A stretch of DNA of 64,000 nucleotides from positions 13,082,001 through 13,146,000 of the forward strand of contig OZ024753.1 of assembly GCA_964016885.1 (NCBI GenBank). The letters are read 5' to 3'. A program made the translations under genes and the position numbers. Origin of the DNA: Eledone cirrhosa. Its lineage: Eukaryota. The notes under the pieces were generated by a model. That model searched no databases. It had not been told where the DNA came from and was given only the letters and a program-made list of their open reading frames with translations. Below, piece after piece: positions 45,031 through 57,149 of this stretch (its first letter is position 1; each line of letters starts with the position of its first letter).

Positions 45031-46020
45031 ATGCATAAGATTACAAGTATTGAAGAAGGCCAACACAGTGAAAGCTTGAAAATAAAAGACACGATATTTT
45101 TCAAGTTCCTGAAATATTTTTTAGAACATAATTATATGAGATTAAGTGAAATGATATCTTTACTGAAATCACACACGTTCAAAGCATTGTGTTTGCTAGC
45201 TATTTATATTGTGGTCTTTATATATTTGATTCTAAACCCTATTTGTCTCATTGTTAATTTAACAACCTTAAAAGGTATACCTGATGCCAACATATTTATG
45301 TATGTCTACATTACATTTTGCTGGTGTATGATGTCTGTCCTATGTTTAATGAAATATTTCAAAGAGCCTCATTTCAAGGACATAATTGAAATATTCTCCA
45401 AAATTGAAATTGAAGAGAAAGATGGAAAACTGTACAGTTTCATATATTCATATAAGTCACTTTCTATATTAACAGCTGTGTATAGTATTTCTATCATAAT
45501 TACAGAGCTCATAATACCTATTTTTAGTAAAGACAGTGATCTGTTGGATTTTCTAGTATTTCAAATGACGATGGATTATAAGTACCTCATGGTAATTTTA
45601 AAATTTACACTACAAATTCTTTCCACTGTACCGCTGATGATTGATCTGTATATAAGCATTATACTTGAGCTTAATCTTACTCATGAGTTTAACAAACTGG
45701 CCAAGGAGGCTGAAGAGTACGTAAAGGTAATACAATCCCCCAATTCGGATGCTATCAAGAAATATGAAGAGATTAAAGAAATATGTAACAGACATGACAA
45801 ACTGAGTTCATCTCTGAGATTATTAAATAATACTTTGCAGTATATTTTAGGATTTCTCGTATTTGGTAGTATTCTTAGTTGTTCTCTTACAACTTACGGA
45901 ATAATAAATAACTTATTACAAAATCATACGGATTCATACAAGTATGTATTAGTTATGGCGTTCACCTTCCTGTTTTACTGGATTATACTAGTTTTGTTGG
46001 GTCTCCGTTTAAATATATCG
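45031..46020 (+). CDS. Intact large first coding exon (330 codons) of a type A gustatory-receptor-like (7TM chemoreceptor/ion channel superfamily) gene; C-terminal exon(s) not found
   Basis: About six hydrophobic segments; long loop HEFNKL...EICNRHDKLSSSLRLLNNTLQYILGF resembles the GR pre-TM5 H..L.....LN pattern; phase-0 GTAAGT at 46021, equivalent in all paralogs. Family assignment is by eye. Confidence 0.72.
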
Positions 46021-46044
46021 GTAAGTCTATATATAAATGTGTAT

Positions 46045-46136
46045 GTCACCCATATATTTATGTTTCTGCTGTGTTTGGCACCAGCCTGGCCTTTCTTAAT
46101 ATAATCTTTTCTTGTGCACTCCGGTTAAACAGATCG
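46045..46136 (+). pseudogene. 3' tail of a second type B GRL exon, followed by its intron start
   Basis: Matches about 32460-32550; similarity continues through the donor (46137) and the intronic SINE. Confidence 0.8.
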
Positions 46137-46182
46137 GTAAGTTACATCTTCGTTTTCCTTTTCTTTACATTTTTAGTATTAT

Positions 46183-46605
46183 GGATTGGCAGTGTCGGTA
46201 GAGCGTCAGACACCATGCTTTGTAGCATAGTGTTATGGCCCTTTACGTTCTGATTTGAAATCCCGCCGTGATTCACTTTGCTTTTCATCTTTACGGGGTT
46301 GATAAATAATGTACCTTAATGCATTGTGGTTGATTTAATCGACTTTCCCTTCCCCCAAAATTGTCGGCCTCGTGCCTAAATCAGAAATTATTATTTCCAT
46401 TATTATTCTTATGGCGGTGGATTGGCAGTATCGGTAGAGGGTTGGACGCCTTGCTTTGAAGTACAGAGTTACCTCCCTGTATGATCTGAGTTCAAATCCT
46501 GCCGAGGTTAACTTTGCCTCACATCGATAAAATATAGTACCAGTAATACATTGTGTTAATTGCTGGCCTTGTGCCAAAAGTAGAAATAATTATTATTATT
46601 ATTAT
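46183..46605 (+). mobile_element. Two tandem SINE copies, positionally paralogous to 32595-32998
   Basis: Same consensus and same position relative to the type B donor. Confidence 0.75.
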
Positions 46606-46791
46606 TACACATGTGGTAATTTACGCACGGCTGAGTCTTTCTCCAAATTTGTTTACTTACACCAACAATGGTGGGCCGAAATTCTTATTCGTTTTAATAA
46701 TTTCTAAAACAACGAAACGTGATATTGTGGTTCTGTTAATATTTTGAAAGATTCAAAATGACATGTTCAGATGTTGAAAAGAGAATGGCAG

Positions 46792-47700
46792 CCCCTCCCC
46801 TTCTATGTAAGGTAGTAGTAGTAGTAACTCCCCCTCCTTCTATGTACGGTAGTAGTAGTAGTGACTCCCCCTCCTATGTACAATAGTAGAAGTGACTCCC
46901 CCTCCTATGTACAGTAGCAGTAGGAACTCCCCCTCCTTCTATGTACGGTAGTAGTAGTAGTAACTCCCCCTCCTATGTAAGGTAGTAGTAGTAGAAACCC
47001 CCCTCCTCCTATGTACAGTAGCAGTAGTAACTCCCCCTCCTCCTTTGTACAGTAGTAGTAGTAACTCCCCCTCCTATGTACGGTAGCAGTAGTAACTCCC
47101 TCTCCTTCTATGTACAGTAGTAGTAGTAACTCCCCCTCCTATGTACAGTAGCAGTAGTAAACCCCACCCCCTCCTCCTATGTACAGTAGCAGTAGTAAAC
47201 CCCACCCCCTCCTCCTATGTACAGTAGCAGTAGTAACTCCCTCTCCTCCTATGTACAGTAGTAGTAGTAACTCCCCCTCCTCCTATGTACAGTAGTAGTA
47301 GTAACTCCCCCCCTCCTATGTACAGTAGTAGTAGTAACTCCCCCTCCTCCTATGTACAGTAGTAGTAGTAACCCTCCCCCCTCCAATGTACAGTAACAGT
47401 AGTAACTCCCCCTCCTCCTATGTACAGTAGCAGTAGTAACTCCCCCTCCTATGTAAGGTAGTAGTAGTAACACCCCCTCCTCCTATGTACAGTAGCAGTA
47501 GTAACTCCCCCTCCTCCTATGTACAGTAACAGTAGTAACTCCCCCTCCTCCTATGTACAGTAGCAGTAGTAACTCCCCCCCCTCCTATGTACAGTAGTAG
47601 TAGTAACTCCCCCTCCTCCTATGTAAAGTAGCAGTAGTAATCCACCCTCCTCCTATGTACAGTAGTAGTAATAACTCCTCCTCCTCCTATGTAAAGTAGC
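46792..47700. repeat. ~32-37 bp minisatellite (CCTCCTATGTACAGTAGTAGTAGTAACTCCC)
   Basis: About 26 imperfect units. Confidence 0.92.
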
Positions 47701-47974
47701 AGCCCCACGATGTGGAGTGGCTGTTCTATTGCGTGTCCCTCGACTTCCTCCGGGTGCCAGAGATGGAGAGTAAGTTATTTAGAGGTGGAGGATACTCGTT
47801 GGGACGTCACATATATATATATATATACACACATACACAAAATAAAGGAAAAATTTGTAGATAACAAAAAACATATAACAACAACTCCAAATATAACAAC
47901 ACTTGCAATAACATTCACTAAAGCTACAGAAAGTAATCACAAGAACAATAACAACAATAACAATGAAAATCTAT

Positions 47975-49375
47975 AACTCTTTCCTACAATCAGACCTAGA
48001 CACAATGCAGCGATGGATCACAGACAGGCAACTGAAGCTGGCTGTGGACAAGTGTACCACCATGCATTTGGGGAGGAAAAATCCAGCCTCCACATACTCC
48101 CTCCACAACACTGATATCAAGAAGTCCTCTTGTGAACGTGACCTAGCCATGACTGTCAGCAGCGATTTGTGTTGGACAAAGCTCATCTCTAAAATTGTCC
48201 TGAAGGCCGAAGGTGTCTTAGCATCACTCAGCAAGACCTTTGTTAGCCGCTCTCCAGCCATCTATTTAAAGCTGTATCATCAGTCTGGAACCCCTATCTT
48301 GCTCAGAACATTCACCGCCTGGAAACTGTTCAGAGACGTGCAACCAAGCGCATAGCCTCCATCAGACACCTACCATACTCTGAACGCTTTGCTTCCCTGG
48401 GCATGGATTCATTGAAGATCCAACGTCTGGCAATGGACTTGGTAAACACCACCAAAAGTTATTAACCATCTCGCCAATAACAACCCTGAGAACCCTTTTA
48501 ATCTCCATGTGTCTAACATACGTGGACATACCTACAAAGTCAGAAAATAGCATAGCTCCCATGACTTTCGGAAACATTTTTTCACGCTTAGACTTGCTGA
48601 AACATGGAACAAACTGCCTGCGTCAGTTGTTAGCTGCCGAGACACTGCATCCTTTAAAACCTCCATGCAACAAACTGCCTGTGTCAGTTGTTAGCTGCCG
48701 AGACACTGCATCCTTTAATACCTCCACGGAACAAACTGCATGCGTCAGTTGTTAGCTGCCGAGACACTGCATCCTTTAAAACCTCCATGGAACAAACTGC
48801 CTGCGTCAGTTGTTAGTGTCGAGACACTGCATCCTTTAAAACCTCCATGGAACAAACTGCCTGTGTCAGTTGTTAGTGTCGAGATACTGCATCCTTTAAC
48901 ACCTCCACGGAACAAACTGCCTGCGTCAGTTGTTAGCTGTCGAGACACTGCATCCTTTAAAACCTCCATGGAACAAACTGCCTGCGTCAGTTGTTAGTGT
49001 CGAGATACTGCATCCTTTAACACCTCCATGGAACAAACTGCCTGTGTCAGTTGTTAGTGTCGAGATACTGCCTCCTTTAACACCTCCACGGAACAAACTG
49101 CCTGCGTCAGTTGTTAGCTGCCGAGACACTGCATCCTTTAAAACCTCCATGGAACAAACTCCCTGCGTCAGTTGTTAGCTGCCGAGACACTGCATCCTTT
49201 AAAACCCTCATGCTTCCCGAAATTCGCCAAAACTACACCTGATGTCCTCCTTCCATACACATGCACACGTGTATATCATGACTCATGCACTGTTTATTTT
49301 CCTGACGTTTGTATATTACCCTATGTACTATACATACACCTTTGATGAGTTGTAGTGCACCTGAGCACTGTACAT
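47975..49375 (+). mobile_element. 5'-truncated CR1-like LINE 3' portion with an internal minisatellite
   Basis: LQSDLDTMQRW, KCTTMHLG, ERDL, VWNPY, LETVQRRATK, RGHTYK, FF....ETWNKLP; 3' boundary approximate. Confidence 0.85.
48603..49210 (+). repeat. 60/61 bp minisatellite, 10 units, derived from the CR1 ORF2 C-terminal codons
   Basis: Unit encodes WNKLPASVVSCRDTASFKTS; paralog at 55722-56025 has 5 units. Confidence 0.92.
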
Positions 49376-49490
49376 CCTCCGGGGAAAACGCCTTCTCCAT
49401 TCTGTCCTCCGGCGCTGTGGGGCGGCCAGCACGTGGGTCCCCATTTGCTCATTAAACAGAGAGATTGGGAGGGCGATAGAGATGGGAGCG

Positions 49491-49835
49491 ATTACGGTGG
49501 GAGTTCGGCTCTTCCGTGTTCCGACACATTGGGGCGAGACAGATGGGGGCGATTACGGTGGGAGTTCGGCTCTTCCGTGTTCAGACACATTGAGGCGAGA
49601 GAGAAGGGGTCGATTACGGTGGGAGTTCAGCTCTTCCGTGTACCGGCACATTGGGGCGAGAGAGAAGGAGTCGATTACGGTGGGAGTTCGGCTCTTCCGT
49701 GTTCCGACACATTGGGGCGAGAGAGATTGGGGCGATTACGGTGGGAGTTCGGCTCTACCGTGTTCCGACACATTGGGGCGAGAGAGATTGGGGCAATTAC
49801 GGTGGGAGTTCGGCTCTTCCGTGTTCCGACACATT
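49491..49835. repeat. 61 bp GC-rich minisatellite, about 6 units
   Basis: ATTACGGTGGGAGTTCGGCTCTTCCGTGTTCCGACACATTGGGGCGAGA...; paralog at 56308-56530 has about 4 units. Confidence 0.92.
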
Positions 49836-50011
49836 GTACCTATCAAGGGTGTATTTTCATACTTGTAACGAACATTGTGAATTCCTATTTATAATTTGAA
49901 TATAGCAAACAACTTGTTCACTGTTATTCCTTCTCCAATAATAGCTACTAACAGACCTATTAATAAAGGCGGATCAGAACCTTCTTCTGCTGCTCCTGTA
50001 AGGATAATAAT

Positions 50012-50192
50012 AATTATTTCTACATTTGACACAAGGACAGCAATTACACCAGTACATTACTAGTACTTTATTTTATCGACTCCGTAAGGATTAAATGAAA
50101 AGCAAAGTTAACCTCGGCGAGATTTCAACTCAGTCTGTAAAGAACCGTAACTCTATGCTGAAAAGCATGGCGTCCGACCCTCTACCGATACT
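50012..50192 (-). mobile_element. tRNA-derived SINE, mostly deleted in duplicate copy B
   Basis: Same consensus. Confidence 0.75.
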
Positions 50193-50357
50193 ATTCAAAC
50201 GCAACACAGGGTTTTCAAAAGAACTTGACGATATGTGACAAAATAGATAAGTTCCAGAGCTCTATAGCCGTAAAACTTGTGTCAAATATAAAAAAGCAAA
50301 GAGAGAAAGAGTTCTCGCTCGTGGACAACACAATGATCTATACGTTTGTATCCCTTA

Positions 50358-50441
<84 letters not shown>

Positions 50442-50937
50442 CTGAGAAATGGTATGAGCATAGGCCAGAGGCGGTGATGGAGAACAATCAGGTGAAGGTG
50501 CTGTGGGATTTTAGGATACAGACGGACAAAAAACTGGAACACAATAGACCTGACCTGGTGGTTGTGGACAAAGAAAAAAGATCGTGTCTGATTGTGGATG
50601 TGGCCTGCCCGTTCGACACGAGAGTGCAAGAGAAGGAGAGGGAGAAAATTAACCGATACCAGGACCTAAAGTGGGAGATGAAAAGGATTTGGAACTGCCA
50701 TGAAGTCAAAGTGATCCCGATTGTCATAGGCGCACTGGGGACTATCTCCAAAAGTTTCCAGGGATGGTTAAAGAAAATCGGCCCCTTCACGCTTTTTGGA
50801 ACGCTTCAAAAGGCATGCTTGCTTGGAACAGCAAGAACCCTCCGATACGTCCTGAATATCTGAGGCTGCAGGTAGTGGCTTGATATTCAATCCAACGGAC
50901 TTTCCAGTTAACCAACATCAATGACTGAGATTCAAGG
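50442..50937 (+). mobile_element. Heavily 5'-truncated R4/Dong-like element (RLE domain + 3' UTR) in (TAA)n
   Basis: KWYEH.P, LWDFRIQTD..LEHNRPDLVV, DVACP, KINRYQDL, PIVIGALG; TAA repeats on both sides. Confidence 0.9.
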
Positions 50938-50975
50938 AATAACAACAATAATAGTAATAATAATAATAATAATAA

Positions 50976-53900
50976 AGAAAAAGAAAAAGAGAGAAAAATG
51001 GTCAAGGGAAGATAATAAAGAAGTCCTTGAGGCTTTCTACACTGCCATGTACTACCCATCAAATACATCGAATACAGAACAGACATATATCAACTGGAAA
51101 AAGAAACATCCCGAAAACAGAGGCTATATTGACAGTAACAAACTAGCCAATATACGAAGAAATATTGTAAGAAAAAAGTTACTAACTGATATAGAAATTG
51201 ATCAGATCAAGCTATTAGCACAAAGTCAGCGAAGGGAAAATGAAACATGTGTCAGTGAAAACGAGGTAAACTGTAACACTTCGAATCCCAGGGTTGGGGC
51301 GGAATCACTGGCAACAGAACAAATTAAAGAAAGGATCGAAAAAGTGGAGGGAGTGCATGCTCAGGATGAAACTCCAAATGAAAATAATGAGATCGTAAAT
51401 TATAAGGAAATGAATGAGAATGAACTTGCCAACTTGAAGGATGAAATTATGATCGAATGGATGAAAATGAAAGAATCTGACATGGGACAACGAGACACCC
51501 TCCCTAAGATCCAGAACTCCAAACAGAACCAAAAGATAATACACAAGACTAACATAATTCTCAAAAACATTATCATCACAAAAAAACTAAACATTACTGA
51601 TTTAAATCATCTCTATTATGCATCGGCTAAAGTCACCACTCACTTATGTGGAGTGAAGATGAAAAAACAAAGGAATTCCCACAAGAAATCTACTTGGCAA
51701 GAGAACATCAATCGCCAAATAAACCTTCTCCGATCTGACATAGAAGTTTTAACAAACTATAAAGTAGGTGAACATGTTAAACAAACTAAACTTAGAAAAT
51801 TGAAAAAAAAGTACAGTATAAAATCAACATGTGACATAGACATGCTGATAGAAATAATCAAGCAAAAAGTGTCGGCCAAAGCTGCTCGTATAAGGCGCTT
51901 TGAAAAACGATCTAGATTCTATAAGGACAATAATATGTTCAAAAACAACCAAAGAAACTTCTACAGAAAAATTGGTAAGTCAACAATAACTGCTAAATCA
52001 ATACCACCCAAGGAGGAAGTGCAAGAATTCTGGGAAAAGATCTGGGCCGAAGAAAAAGTTCATAACATACATGCCCCATGGATAGACAGACAAATGAAAG
52101 ATACAGCTCACCTTGAGGAACAAACATGGGAAAATATAACAGTTGAACAGTTGCGCTTGGCTCTAAGAAAAACCAGCAAATGGAAATCCCCAGGAAAAGA
52201 CAAAATACAAAACTTTTGGATAAATGCCTTCACAGAGTCTCGTGAGCTGTTAGCCCAACTTTACAATGAAATAGTTAAGGAGCCAGAAAAGATACCGTCA
52301 TGGCTAGTTAACGGCATTACATTCCTGCTTCCGAAGAATGATGAGACAAACAATCCCAAAAATTACAGACCGATAACTTGCTTGACCACAATGTATAAAA
52401 TTTTAACATCAGTCCTAACTGAATACACATATGACCACCTGATAACAAATGACCTATTTCCCATTGAGCAGAAAGGGTGTTTACGAGGCTCATATGGCTG
52501 TAAGGATCAGCTTCTGGTTAACAAAATGATACTGGAAGATTGTCATAATAGACACAAAAATCTATCGATTGCTTGGATAGATTATAAAAAAGCATTTGAT
52601 AGTTTGCCACACAGTTGGATTGAAAAATGTTTAGAGATTTTCAAAGTATCCCCCGTTGTCAGGAGGTTTTTGTCATTCAGTATGAAGACAGGGAAATAAA
52701 ATCACTGGAAGCTGGAGAAGTTAATATTAATTGTGGAATTTTTCAGGGTGACTCTTTATCACCGCTTTTATTTTGCATCGCACTTATACCATTAAGTAAA
52801 ATGCTCAATGAAACAAAACATGGATATAAAGTCTATGACAAAACCATTAATCACCTGTTCTACATGGATGACCTGAAACTATTTGCAAAAAATGATGAAC
52901 AATTGCAAGGGCTATTATCCACTGTGAAGCAGTTCAGTGATGACATTAAAATGGAGTTTGGACTAGATAAATGCGCCAAAGCAACGTTCACCAGAGGAAA
53001 GCTGCTGAAGAGTTCAGACATTAATCTTGATCGGGGGAACGTGATAAGAGAACTTGATCAAGAAAAAACTTACAAATATCTAGGTGTTTGTGAAGGAGAC
53101 GGAATCAAGCACTCGACAATGAGGGAAAGGATAAGGAAGGAATGTTACCGCAGAGTAAGAGCAATCTTAAGAACGGAATTGAATGCAAGGAATAGGATCG
53201 ATGCCATAAACACGCTTGCCATACCAGTAGTAACCTACAGTTACAATGTCATCAACTGGTCAAGCACAGAGATCCGTAGGCTCGATACAAAAATTCGAAA
53301 ATTCTTAACCATGCACAGAATGCATCACCCTAAGGCAGATATAGATAGAATATATCTCCCTAGGAAAGAAGGAGGACGTGGGTTAATCCAGTTAGACATT
53401 GCGTTGAAAACTGCAACAATTGGATTATCTACATATCTAAGGGAATCACATGACTGGATGAACAAACTCGTTTTGAAACACGAAAGCATCAAAAGATCAT
53501 ATTCCATTACAAAAGATGCACAAAGATACAGTAATGGACTACAAATTTCAGAAGTCCCATTTACTGCTGAAATGGAAAACACAGAAAAAGCAAAGCAGGT
53601 AAAAGTAACTGCAAAGAAAGAACTGCTACAGAAACTGGCTAAGAAATGGCAAGAAAAGCCTCTGTATGAAAAATACCCAGAGCGAGCTAACAATCCTGAT
53701 GTTGACAAAACGTTAACCCATCAGTGGTTGGCATCCTCTGGACTGAAATCGGAGACTGAAGGACTGATTATATCGGCACAAGATCAGTGTCTGCCAACAA
53801 AAAATTACCAAGCCAACATAATAAAAAATGGGTGCAGCCCATTATGCCGTGTATGCAAAAAACAACCAGAGACCATTGACCATATAATTTCAATGTGCAG

Positions 53901-54554
53901 TCCTATAGCTCCAACCGAATACCTAAACAGGCATGACAGAGCTGCACAATACATACATTGGATAATGTGTAAGCATTTTGACCTGCCCCATCAAAAGAAT
54001 TGGTGGGAGCATCAACCACCTCCCATACTTGAAAAAGATCACATCTCAATCTTGTGGAACTTTAGCATCCAAACAGACCGAAAAATAGATGCAAACAGAC
54101 CTGATATAATATTGAAAGACTTTCAAAAGAGGGTATGCCTGCTAATTGATATGTCTGTTCCAATAGACAAGAATGTATCTATAAAAACATTTGAAAAATT
54201 GAGCAAGTATAAGGACCTGGAGATAGAAATTGGAAAAATGTGGAAATTGAGAAGTAAAACAATACCAGTGGTTGTAGGCGCTCTGGGAATGATACCTAAG
54301 GGGTCTAATGATTACATATCGCAAATCCCAGGAAACCCGCGTATAGGAGAAATACAAAAGATAGTACTAATGGGAACTGCCCATATACTAAGGAAGATTC
54401 TCTCAATATAAGTACATCACAAGTCTAAACACTAAAGATGCATGTGTGAATATGTATGTTCTTTCTTGAACATGGCGGACCTTGTTGTCTCTTGAGGTCA
54501 CTGGTTGTGACTTGGTGATAATTCGTATGAACATAAAGCAAGATAAATGCAACT

Positions 54555-54556
<2 letters not shown>
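50976..54556 (+). mobile_element. Near full-length R4/Dong-like element in (TAA)n, one frameshifting lesion near 52690
   Basis: KSPGKD, NYRPITCL, DYKKAFDS, GIFQGDSLSP, FYMDDLKL, DRIYLPRKEGGRGL, CRVC..H..C, RHD, RPDI. Confidence 0.93.
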
Positions 54557-54603
<47 letters not shown>

Positions 54604-54607
<4 letters not shown>

Positions 54608-54792
54608 TGTTTCTACTTTAGGCACAAGGCCAGCAAATACCCAGTGCATTACTGGTACTTTATTTTATCGACCCCGTAAGGATGAAAGGCAAAGTCAACC
54701 TCGGCGGGATTTAAACTCATATCGTAAAGGGACGTGACTATGCTGGAAAGCATGGCGTCCGACCCTCTACCGATACTGCCAATCCACCGCCG
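54604..54792 (-). mobile_element. tRNA-derived SINE whose (ATT)n tail holds the Dong-like insertions
   Basis: Full consensus; 3' end runs into the (TAA)n at 54557-54606. Confidence 0.85.
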
Positions 54793-54812
54793 TTTAATAA
54801 CAATAATAATAA

Positions 54813-54956
54813 CTAGCAGAATGGCCCGGCGTTGCTCGGGATTTGTTCTAGGGTTCTTATATATTTAATATATATTTATCCTTATCGAGCTTCGTGAAAT
54901 AAATACTTTTGTTTATATTTTGTTATTGTGTATGCAAAAATATCCTGACACGAATA

Positions 54957-55033
<77 letters not shown>

Positions 55034-55160
55034 ATGTATATATATATTAAAATAACAGATTAAAGTTTAAGCAAAGAATCGCTGCTTTCACCCATAACGG
55101 GATCTTCTGAAACTAAAAAAATCAATCTGTGAACGCAGAAGTAAATATTTCGAAAAACGT
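54813..55160 (-). mobile_element. 3' half of a non-autonomous Helitron, cut by the duplication junction
   Basis: Matches 63147-63522. Confidence 0.7.
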
Positions 55161-55161
55161 T

Positions 55162-56190
55162 AAAAATCCAGCCTCCACATACTCCCTCCACAACACTGAT
55201 ATCAAGAAGTCCTCTTGTGAACGTGACCTAGCCATTACTGTCAGCAGCGATTTGTGTTGGACAAAGCACATCTCTAAAATTGTCAAGAAGGCCGAGGGTG
55301 TCTTAGCATCACTCAGCAAGACCTTTGTTAGCCGCTCTCCAGCCATCTATTTAAAGCTGTATATAGCTATGGTACGGCCACACTTGAAATTCGCATCATC
55401 AGTCTGGAACCCCTATCTTGCTCAGAACATTGACCTCCTGGAAACTGTTCAGAGACGTGCAACCAAGCGCATACCCTCCATCAGGCACCTAACATACTCA
55501 GAACGCTTTGCTTCCCTGGGCATGGATTCATTGAAGCTCCGACGTCTGGCAATGGACTTGGTAAACACCAACAAAAGTTATTAACCATCTCGCCAACAAC
55601 AACCCTGAGAACCCTTTTAATCTCCATGTGTCTAACATACGTGGACATACCTACAAAGTCAGAAAACAGCATAGCTCCCATGACTTTCGGAAACGTTTTT
55701 TCACGCTTAGAGTTGCTGAAACATGGAACAAACTGCCTGCGTCAGTTGTTAGCTGCCGAGACAATGCATCCTTTAAAACCTCCATGGAACAAACTGCCTG
55801 TGTCAGTTGTTAGCTGCCGAGACACTGCATCCTTTAAAACCTCCATGGAACAAACTGCCTGCGTCAGTTGTTAGTGTCGAGATACTGCATCCTTTAACAC
55901 CTCCACGGAACAAACTTCCTGCGTCAGTTGTTAGCTGCCGAGACACTGCATCCTTTAAAACCTCCATGGAACAAACTGCCTGCGTCAGTTGTTAGCTGCC
56001 GAGACACTGCATCCTTTAAAACCCTCATGCCTCCCGAAATTCGCCAAAACTACACTTGATGTCCTCCTTCCATACACATGCACACGTGTATATCATGACT
56101 CATTCACTGTTTATTTTCCTGACGTGTGTATATTACCCTATGTACTATACATACACTTTTGATGAGTTGTAGTGCACCTGAGCACTGTAC
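55162..56190 (+). mobile_element. Duplicate CR1-like fragment
   Basis: Paralog of 48077-49375; retains the YIAMVRPHLKFASSVWNPY segment partly deleted in copy A. Confidence 0.85.
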
Positions 56191-56852
56191 ATCCTCCTTG
56201 GGAAACGCCTTCTCCATTCTGTCCTCCGGCGCTGTGGGGCGGCCAGCACGTGGGACCCCATTTTCTCATTATACAGAGAGATTGGGAGGGCGAGAGAGAT
56301 GGGAGCGATTACGGTGGGAGTTCGGCTCTTCCGTGTTCCGACACATTGGGGCGAGACAGATGGGGGCGATTACGGTGGGAGTTCGGCTCTTCCGTGTTCC
56401 GACACATTGGGGCGAGAGAGATGGGAGTGATTACGGTGCGAGTTCAGCTCTTCCGTGTTCCGACACATTGGGGCGAAAGAGAAGGGGTCGATTACGGTGC
56501 GAGTTCAGCTCTTCCGTGTTCCGACACATTGCACCTATCAAGGGTGTATTTTCATACTTGTAACGAACATTGTGAATTCCTATTTATAGTTTGACTATAC
56601 CAAACAACATGTTCACTGTTATTCCTTCTCCAATAATAGCTACTAACAGACCTATTAATAAAGGCGGATCACCCTCTACCGATACTGTTCGAACGCAACA
56701 CAGGGTTTTCAAAAGAACTTGACGATATGTGACAAAATAGATAAGTTCCAGAGCTCTATAGCCGTAAACCTTGTGTCAAATATAAAAAAAGCAAAGAGAC
56801 AGAGTGTCCCCGCTCGTGGGCAACACAATGATCTATACATTTGTATCCCTTA

Positions 56853-56886
<34 letters not shown>

Positions 56887-57149
56887 GTAATAATAATAAT
56901 GATTTCTTTATTAACCACAAGGGTTTACATAAAGTAGACATTAAGGACAGTGCAGGACAATGCAGGACGGTACAAAAGGGCATTTCTGCGTGTAAAAAAC
57001 AAAAACAGAGGATGTAACAAAAATAACAATGAAAAATTCCCCAATAGGGGGGAGACTTCGGAGGGACATTTGTGGAGAAAGCCCAGTAAAAAGCCACAAT
57101 GACCCTGACCACCAAGGCAAGTGCCCTCTCCCAGTTTTCCACCTTTAGT

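Noticed and set aside
46021-46104. Extension of the 357 aa ORF past 46020 as a seventh TM helix
   Set aside because: Paralog similarity stops at a shared GTAAGT donor; the extension is intron plus an out-of-frame type B fragment
49397-50000. Possible solo LTR around the 61 bp repeat
   Set aside because: No clear TG...CA pair with a target duplication, PBS or PPT
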